A stretch of DNA of 64,000 bases from Bacillota bacterium (lineage in GTDB: Bacteria; Bacillota; Negativicutes; CTSoil-072): assembly GCA_017889545.1 (NCBI GenBank), contig JAGFZV010000011.1, positions 17,247 through 81,246 on the forward strand. Reading direction: 5' to 3'. Position 1 is the stretch's first letter. Each line of letters starts with the position of its first letter. This document shows, piece after piece, positions 57,463 through 64,000 of this stretch. The position numbers and the translations under genes were made by a program. The notes beneath the pieces are model-generated. The model saw only the letters and a list, made by a program, of their open reading frames with translations. It was not told where the DNA came from and did not search any database.

Positions 57463-60456
57463 CTACACCCTCCTTATATTGACCATGAATGATTTGTATT
57501 CCGGAATGCGGGAATTGGGATCGCCGCCGGCCAATGTAACCTGGTTCGCAACGTGGACATCTTTCGTTTCACTCATCGGGTCAATACCGGTAAAGCCCCA
57601 GTTCCATGGCATTCCCAGAAGATGAATTTTCTTGCCATCCACAACGAAAGGCTGGATACGGGGAGTTACAAACGCTTTGGCTTTTACCTTGCCGCGGATG
57701 GAGGATACTTCAACCCAATCACCCAATGCAATATTTTTTTGTTTCGCCAATTCCGGGTCAATTTCTACGAACAATTCAGGCATTGCCTCAACCGTGGTTG
57801 TCAGTTTCCTTGTAATGTTGCCGCTCTGGTAATGTTCAGCCACACGATACGTAGTGCACATATAGGGGAAATCTGCATCGCCTACGGCCGAAAACTTGTC
57901 ATAAACAGATTTAAAGGTAACGGCCAGTGGATTATTCTGCGATGATCCGATCATATTTTGAACGGGAGACTCTAATGGCTCATAGTGCTCCGGCCACGGT
58001 CCTTCCGCCGTCATTCCGCCTGGAGCAAACAACCGGCCATGACCGCCGCCAATCATAATAAACGGCGCCGTCCCTAAAGGAGCATCCGGAGCACGTCCGC
58101 CGATGAAGTCAGGCACATCAATCCCCGACCACGCTTTTTTCACGGCATCCCAGCGAACCAGCGCCTTTTTATCGCTCCAAGGGTTCCCTGCCAAATCGCA
58201 GGAAGCGCGATTATAGAGGATGTGGCGGTTCATTGGCCACGTCCAGCCCCACTCAAGGTTGAGGTTGATCCCCGATTTTTCACGGATACGCCGTTTAGCC
58301 AGGTTACCGGCAGGCGGATACAGGCCGCAATAAATCCAACAGCCGCTTGCCGTTGATCCATCGTCCTTCAGTGCGGCAAACCCAGGCAGCTGGGCCTTGG
58401 TATTGACATCCCAGCCATTGATTTCCTTGAAAACCGAGTCCGCATCATAATGATGCCCATCGCCATAGTTCCAGGTCAAGTTGACAATCGGATCAGGGAA
58501 AACAGCACCAGGATCATTGGCGTACAGTTTTTTCAATTCCTGGACCAATAAGTTCAGGATCGCTCCGTCTTCTTTGCAATCACCAATCGGATCGACTGAC
58601 TTGTAGCGCATTTGCAGCAACCGACCGGTATTGGTGGCGGAACCGTCCTTTTCAACCATCGATGCGGCTGGCAACAAGAAGACTTCGGTATTAATCTGTT
58701 TGGGATCGACTCCGGGACGCTTCCAAAAACGGGCCGTTTCCGACTCGAAGAGGTCCACACACAGAAGCCATTCCAAGTTTCCCAGCCCATTGACCGTTTT
58801 TTCATAGTTCGGTCCGGAAACAACCGGGTTCATACCCCAAATCATCAAGCCTTTCAATTTGGAATCCACCATGTCATTAAACATGTCCATCCAAGAATGG
58901 GGACGGGAAAACTTCGGCAGCCAATCGTAACAAAAGTCATTTTCTTTGGTTGCCTTGTCGCCCCAAAAGGCTTTGAGCATGCTAACCATGTATTTGGGGG
59001 AATTTTCCGCCCAACTGTCTTTGACTGTGATTTTTTCCTTGAAAACATTCAAGTTCGGATGGTTTTTGACGTGGGGTGCAGGCAGATAGCCGGGCAGATT
59101 GCCAAACAGCAGCGCCATGTCAGTGGACCCTTGTACATTCGCCTCACCGCGCATCGCATTCACTCCGCCGCCAGGAACGCCCATATTACCGAGCAGGAGC
59201 TGCAAGATGCAAAAGCCGCGAATATTTTGCGTACCGACCGTATGCTGCGTCAATCCCATCGCATAAACCAGGCACCCTGATTTGTCCGGGACGCCCGTAG
59301 CCGAATAGGTCTCGCAGATTTTAGTGAATAATTCTTTCTTCATGCCGGTTACTTTTTCTACCGTCTCCGGAGTATAACGGCTGTAGAAAGTAAGCATGCG
59401 TTGGAAAACACAGTTCGGATCTGCCAAAGTCATATCCTGCAGCGCTTTGCCGTCTGGTCCGGTTTGGTAAGCCCAGCTGTCATAATTGTACGCTTTCTTG
59501 GCTTCGTCCCAGCCGCTGAAATAACCATCTTTAAAAGCAAACTCCGGCTTCAGCAGGTAGCTGGCATTGGTATAATGACGAACATAGGCATCAAAATATT
59601 TTTTTTGCTGCAGCACATAGTTAACCATTCCATTAAAAAAGACGATGTCCGTACCGGGGCGTATCGGCGCATAGATATCGGACAAAACAGAAGTCTTTGT
59701 ATATCGTGGATCTACAGAGATTACCGTACCGCCCTTGTCACGGGCGCGGTTAATAAAGCGGGCAATGCCAGGATGGTTTTCGGCAGGATTTCCGCCGCAA
59801 ATCATGACTACATCAGCATTCGCCACGTCGGTTAACGGTTGAGTCATGGCGCCACGGCCGAATGAAGGTGACAAACTTGCCACCGTAGAGCTGTGTCAAA
59901 TACGCGCCTGATGCTCAATATTCACAATTCCCAGGGAACGGGCAAGTTTGGAAAGAAGATAACATTCATCCGTATCGTGAGAAGCTCCGCCCAGATGGCC
60001 CAGTGCATTGGCTCGGTTGGCGATCACCTCCCCGTCTTTTATCGTAAAGTTGGCGTCGCGGGTTTTCTTGATTCGCTTCGCGATTTCAGGAATAGCCCAG
60101 CTCCATTCTTTTTCTTCCCATTGATCCGAGCCCGGCGCACGATAAAGAATTTTTTGAAGTCGTTTGGGGCTGGCATATACTTCGTAGGCCGAAGCTCCTT
60201 TGCCGCAAAGACCTCCTTCGTTATTTGGGTTATCCGGATCGCCTTCCACGTTAATGACTTTGCCATCTTTAGCATACACCAATAAACCACAGCCTACACC
60301 ACAATAGATGCATACGGAAGGGCTTACCTTAGTATCTTTCAGACGGTACGGCGTAGCCGAAGCCATCGCCGGAACGGCGGCGTTACCTTGCCACATAGCA
60401 GCAGCAGTACCTGCAGCCACCAGCTTGAGGAACGTTCTTCTGCTAACAGTTCCCAT
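57463..60456 (-). CDS. fdnG: Selenocysteine formate dehydrogenase-N alpha subunit (Tat-exported), 997 aa, Sec187
   Basis: SRRTFLK Tat signal, CIYCGVGC...C, in-frame TGA at 59896-59898 in EHQARI-U-HSSTV; joins ORF-track entries 59896..60684 and 57463..59883. Confidence 0.95.
59867..59884 (-). promoter_or_regulatory. Bacterial SECIS hairpin
   Basis: GGUGGCA-AGUU-UGUCACC starting 11 nt after the UGA, with G in the loop. Confidence 0.75.
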
Positions 60457-60489
60457 ATGTTTTCTCCTCCCATTAAAATTTTTCTTATC

Positions 60490-60595
60490 CTTCTTTCCAC
60501 AATGGGAGGCATGATGGTTTCCCAACATACCCTGCAGGTCCAGACGCCATGAAAGAAAATTCATTGCCTTTTTAGGCAGCCCGAACTCGAAGAAC
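60490..60595 (-). ncRNA. Moco RNA motif lacking P3 (Tuco-type)
   Basis: UUCGAG..CCUAA..AUGG, CAGGGU, GAAAC, GCCUCCC-AUUG-UGGAAAG; no P3 between P2 and P4; upstream of fdnG. Confidence 0.8.
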
Positions 60596-60774
60596 ATTAT
60601 AGTGTTAACCCAGGGTTCACGCAATAAGCAATGCAACAACAAATAATTGTATTTTACGAAGTATCTGTCTGCATGCAGCAGCATTCAACCATGGGGCCAC
60701 CTCATTTCCAGCAGATTTTATACAGTTTACACGATATATATCATTAGCAGTAAATGTGTTTCCTCTTCGTGCAT

Positions 60775-62628
60775 TTATCCGAGACCCAGTCTGTTTATCG
60801 TAGTTAACAACGGTCGCCCATGATCATCCCAACCTCTGGCCGCATAATACTCGATCAGCATAGCGGCAAGCGGCGGCAAATTGTCTGCCGCTCCACCGTC
60901 AGGACGGGGAACTTCGGCAATACGCCGGGGCAAAGTGTCGTCCAAGCTGGATATGCCGCATTGCACGTTAAACATTCGTTTTATCGTAAAAATACGTTCA
61001 CCGGCAGTCAATACCTCTTCAACAGTGTAATTAAATCCGGTTAACGCATTAAGCCAACCTGTGATTATTGTCAGGTCGATTCCGCCATAAAAAAGAAATT
61101 TGCATAACTTAAGCGAGTCCATAACCGACATCGTATTCTGCAGACAGGCTTGGACAAAACCCTGGTTGTCAGCACGAAACCGGTCCAACACTTCCATAAT
61201 TCCGATTTCAGGCAAAATAGCCACTTTTTCAAAAAAATAACTGCCGCCTTGCAAATGGCAAGCCCCGCGATTGGAAGTGGCATAGCCGAGCGCCAAGCTG
61301 TTGAAAGCCCGCGGGTCATGCGCCGGCAACTCAAGACCTTTGACATGAAACGCATAGTCTTCTGTCCCGTTGCCAATCGCCTCTGCCGCCCGCCTAACAC
61401 CCTGTCCCAGCAATTTGCCAATCCCCCGCTGACGGCCTATCGAATGGAGAAGCGAGATCATCGCCTTGGCATCGCCCCATAGCGGCTTTAACTGCTGACC
61501 ATCAACATCGGTAATATCAGCGTCAGCAATTAGTCCTTGTTCATAAATATCCATCAGGAACGCAATCGCCCCGCCGCTGGATATCGTGTCAATCCCATAC
61601 CGGTTGCATATTTCGTTGGCCTGAACAATGGCGTCCAGATCAGACACCATGCAGGCGCCGCCAAACATGCCCAACGTTTCGTATTCCGGTCCCTTGCCGT
61701 CAACCGAGCCATAACCGCTCTCACTTTTGACGGTCCGACCGCAGGATACCGGACAGGAATGGCATTTCGATTTTCCTTTGACTATGCTGTCAGCCATGGT
61801 TTGTCCGGATATTTTATCAATTTCAGACCAAGTCCCCTGCGACCAATTCTTTACTGGCAAATCACCAATTCGTTCCGATCCGATCAAAGCGCCGGCTGTA
61901 CCATAATCCTGCAGACCTTTGGTTTTTTCTGCAATTCCAGGAGTTACGGCATCTATTTGAGCCTGCAGCGCAACCCTGTCATAGACCGCAATCGGGTTAT
62001 CGCCCTTTACAACAACGGCCTTCAGGTTTTTAGAACCCATCACGGCGCCCAGTCCGCCCCGGCCTGCTGAACGGCCCTTTTTCCCCTCATGAAGGATCGT
62101 AGCAATGAGAACTTGGTTTTCGCCGGCAGGACCAATGCTGGCTACTGCGATATCCTGGCCATGCCGCTCCTGCAGCACTTCATTCACTTGATAGTTATCC
62201 AGTCCCCATAAAAAATTGGCATCCAAAATCTGCACGCATTTTTCATGAACAAAAGCATACGCCGGACGTTCTGATTTCCCCTTGAATACCAAGCCGTCGA
62301 ATCCAGCCCGCTTTAACACGGCGCCCCACTTGCCGCCGGCATCCGCTTCGCCATAAATCTCAGTCAACGGCGACTTCGTCACCACTTGATGCCGTCCCGA
62401 ACCGGGAATATTCGTCCCCGTCATGGGACCGGTCATAAAAATCAAAGGATTGTCCGGACTCAACGGATGCGTGTCAATCTTGCACTCCTCCATTAAAATC
62501 TTGGCTCCCATGCCGCTGCCGCCAAGCCACAGCCGTTTATCCTGCTCAGAAGTGGTCCGACATTCCATATGTCCAGCGGTTAAATCAATATAGGCAATAT
62601 TTCCGGTATAGCCGCCAACAGTCATCAT
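60775..62628 (-). CDS. aor: Aldehyde:ferredoxin oxidoreductase (tungsten AOR family)
   Basis: KSPLT, AGRGGLGAVMGSKNLK, CHSCPVSC, EYET, DTIS, NRGACH, C-terminal YYAARGWD. Confidence 0.92.
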   Translation of the reverse strand: MMTVGGYTGNIAYIDLTAGHMECRTTSEQDKRLWLGGSGMGAKILMEECKIDTHPLSPDNPLIFMTGPMTGTNIPGSGRHQVVTKSPLTEIYGEADAGGKWGAVLKRAGFDGLVFKGKSERPAYAFVHEKCVQILDANFLWGLDNYQVNEVLQERHGQDIAVASIGPAGENQVLIATILHEGKKGRSAGRGGLGAVMGSKNLKAVVVKGDNPIAVYDRVALQAQIDAVTPGIAEKTKGLQDYGTAGALIGSERIGDLPVKNWSQGTWSEIDKISGQTMADSIVKGKSKCHSCPVSCGRTVKSESGYGSVDGKGPEYETLGMFGGACMVSDLDAIVQANEICNRYGIDTISSGGAIAFLMDIYEQGLIADADITDVDGQQLKPLWGDAKAMISLLHSIGRQRGIGKLLGQGVRRAAEAIGNGTEDYAFHVKGLELPAHDPRAFNSLALGYATSNRGACHLQGGSYFFEKVAILPEIGIMEVLDRFRADNQGFVQACLQNTMSVMDSLKLCKFLFYGGIDLTIITGWLNALTGFNYTVEEVLTAGERIFTIKRMFNVQCGISSLDDTLPRRIAEVPRPDGGAADNLPPLAAMLIEYYAARGWDDHGRPLLTTINRLGLG

Positions 62629-62666
62629 AGGCCTTCCTTTCCCAGCTCCCTTTCCCGGCGAACGAC

Positions 62667-62939
62667 CTATCCGCCCATGATGGGTGGGATAATCTCCAGA
62701 TCGTCGTGGTTCTCAAGACAGTCTTGCGGCTTTAACAAGTATCGTCCGTTTTTCAATACCATGAGAAGATTCGGCACATAAGACTTCCCAGGATAGTCGT
62801 CCTGGAATACCTGGGTTTGAGCGAATCTGCGGGATAACAGACAGACTACTTCTTCAACCGTTACCGTACTGTGTACAGTAATGTCATAGTCCCGTTGACC
62901 AATCATTTTGGCCAGCGGACTGGCGAAATAGATACGCAT
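62667..62939 (-). CDS. MoaD/ThiS sulfur carrier
   Basis: Ubiquitin-like size, C-terminal PPIMGG. Confidence 0.85.
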   Translation of the reverse strand: MRIYFASPLAKMIGQRDYDITVHSTVTVEEVVCLLSRRFAQTQVFQDDYPGKSYVPNLLMVLKNGRYLLKPQDCLENHDDLEIIPPIMGG

Positions 62940-63276
62940 TTCTGTCCACACCCCCATCAAATTTCAGAATAAGTAATCAATGACGAAAAAAACAAGAACG
63001 CAGTTTAATATATTAGTAAAGTGTATTCTATTATGCGTTCTAGAATTCCTTCTACAAATATGAAACATCAGAAAATTTCGTCAAGATGAAGCTATATTCT
63101 CTTTTTATTCTTCAATACCTTCAATGAAAGCGAACCAGCAGAAAAATTCATCAATATAAGTGCATCAAGACACCATCTAAGCAATGCTCATAAAGGAAAT
63201 AACCAGTTTGATCGCCAATAATATAACCCAGATGGTAAATGAAGTCTATCATGATGAAACAAGCGAGGTTTTTATC

Positions 63277-64000
63277 ATGCTGCTTTGGTTGAAATTTGCT
63301 TTCTGTACATTATTGATCGTTCATTCCGGCGCCCAGTTATCGAAATACGGCGATATCCTGGCGGAAAAAACCGGCGCAGGCCGATCAATTATCGGCGTAG
63401 TCTTGCTGGCATCGGTAACCTCGTTACCAGAGTTGGTCACGGGGATTAGCGCCGTCACTTTCGCCAATGTTCCGGATATCGCCGTTGGCGACGTGCTGGG
63501 CAGCTGTGTTTTCAACCTGTTTATCTTGGCTGCCCTGCTTGATGCCATCTATCGCCGAAAGCCTATCTCGACTTCGGCGCATCACGGACACATCCTGTCG
63601 GCCGCTTTCGGCATACTACTGCTATGTATCGTCGCCATAAGCATTTTGTTTCCCCAATACAATTTGCCCCTTTGGTGGATCGGAAGCAGCAGTTTGCTCT
63701 TTGTCATGACTTATTTTCTAGCTTTAAAGTTGATCAGTTCCTATGAAAAAAAACAAATGGACCGAATTTTGCTTGAACTGGCGGTAGAGCTAAAATATGA
63801 TGATATTTCCACCCGGCAAGTGGCAACCAATTTTGCCCTCAATGCGGCAGTCGTCACTGCGGCCGCTACGTTCTTGCCGAAAATCGGCGCGGAGATCGCC
63901 TCCTCCACCGGCTTGGGAGAAACGTTCGTAGGCAACATCTTCATGGCTCTGGCTTCCTCGTTGCCAGAAGTAGTTGTCTCCATAGCTTCTGTCCGTATGG
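63277..64000 (+). CDS. Sodium:calcium antiporter family (CaCA), runs off the window end
   Basis: Alpha repeats ASVTSLPEL and ASSLPEV, GSCVFNL; not in ORF track because it has no stop in the window. Confidence 0.85.
   Translation, partial: MLLWLKFAFCTLLIVHSGAQLSKYGDILAEKTGAGRSIIGVVLLASVTSLPELVTGISAVTFANVPDIAVGDVLGSCVFNLFILAALLDAIYRRKPISTSAHHGHILSAAFGILLLCIVAISILFPQYNLPLWWIGSSSLLFVMTYFLALKLISSYEKKQMDRILLELAVELKYDDISTRQVATNFALNAAVVTAAATFLPKIGAEIASSTGLGETFVGNIFMALASSLPEVVVSIASVRM

Noticed and set aside
59896-60684. 76-codon N-terminal extension of fdnG, and similar extensions of suhB, exbD, rep and the ABC ATPase
   Set aside because: The extensions run through riboswitch, promoter or neighbouring-gene sequence; RBS-supported internal starts fit the families
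66-63983. The many antisense or overlapping 60-225 aa ORFs in the track (e.g. 23786..24463, 58612..59280, 39436..40023, 18802..19353)
   Set aside because: They lie opposite or within well-supported genes, lack RBSs and have no recognisable motifs
1-64000. CRISPR arrays, tRNA/rRNA genes, transposases
   Set aside because: No regularly spaced repeats, cloverleaf or rRNA-like segments, or DDE/HUH ORFs were seen by eye

Overview
64 kb of chromosome from an anaerobic diderm Firmicute. ExbB/ExbD/TonB and a LapA-domain gene sit beside Firmicute-type genes and promoters, which suggests Negativicutes (Sporomusaceae-like; inference). After a housekeeping stretch (1-9.4 kb: exbBD-tonB, ppdK and its regulator, suhB, alr), about 37 kb (9.4-46.3 kb) forms a molybdo/tungsto-enzyme island. 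It holds one sigma54 activator, five near-consensus -24/-12 promoters with shared upstream motifs, and three Tat-less, Cys-ligated DMSO-reductase-family enzymes of the acetylene-hydratase/catechol-dehydroxylase clade. It also holds a Tes(MJ0619)-like radical SAM enzyme, twin DUF2064/CofC-like nucleotidyltransferases bracketing a Moco-riboswitch-led moa/moe/mob operon, an ArsS-like radical SAM plus ABC importer operon, two MFS transporters, and small Cys-rich proteins, one of them missed by the ORF track. A plasmid Rep_3-like protein with no iterons sits inside the island, flanked on both sides by the same operator/promoter module. The right end has an IclR-dmpFG-IlvD-family operon, an [FeFe]-hydrogenase-domain chemoreceptor, a selenocysteine FdnGHI formate dehydrogenase behind a P3-less Moco RNA, and an AOR-MoaD pair. 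No rRNA, tRNA, CRISPR array or transposase was seen. All family calls come from motifs recognised by eye, not from database searches.
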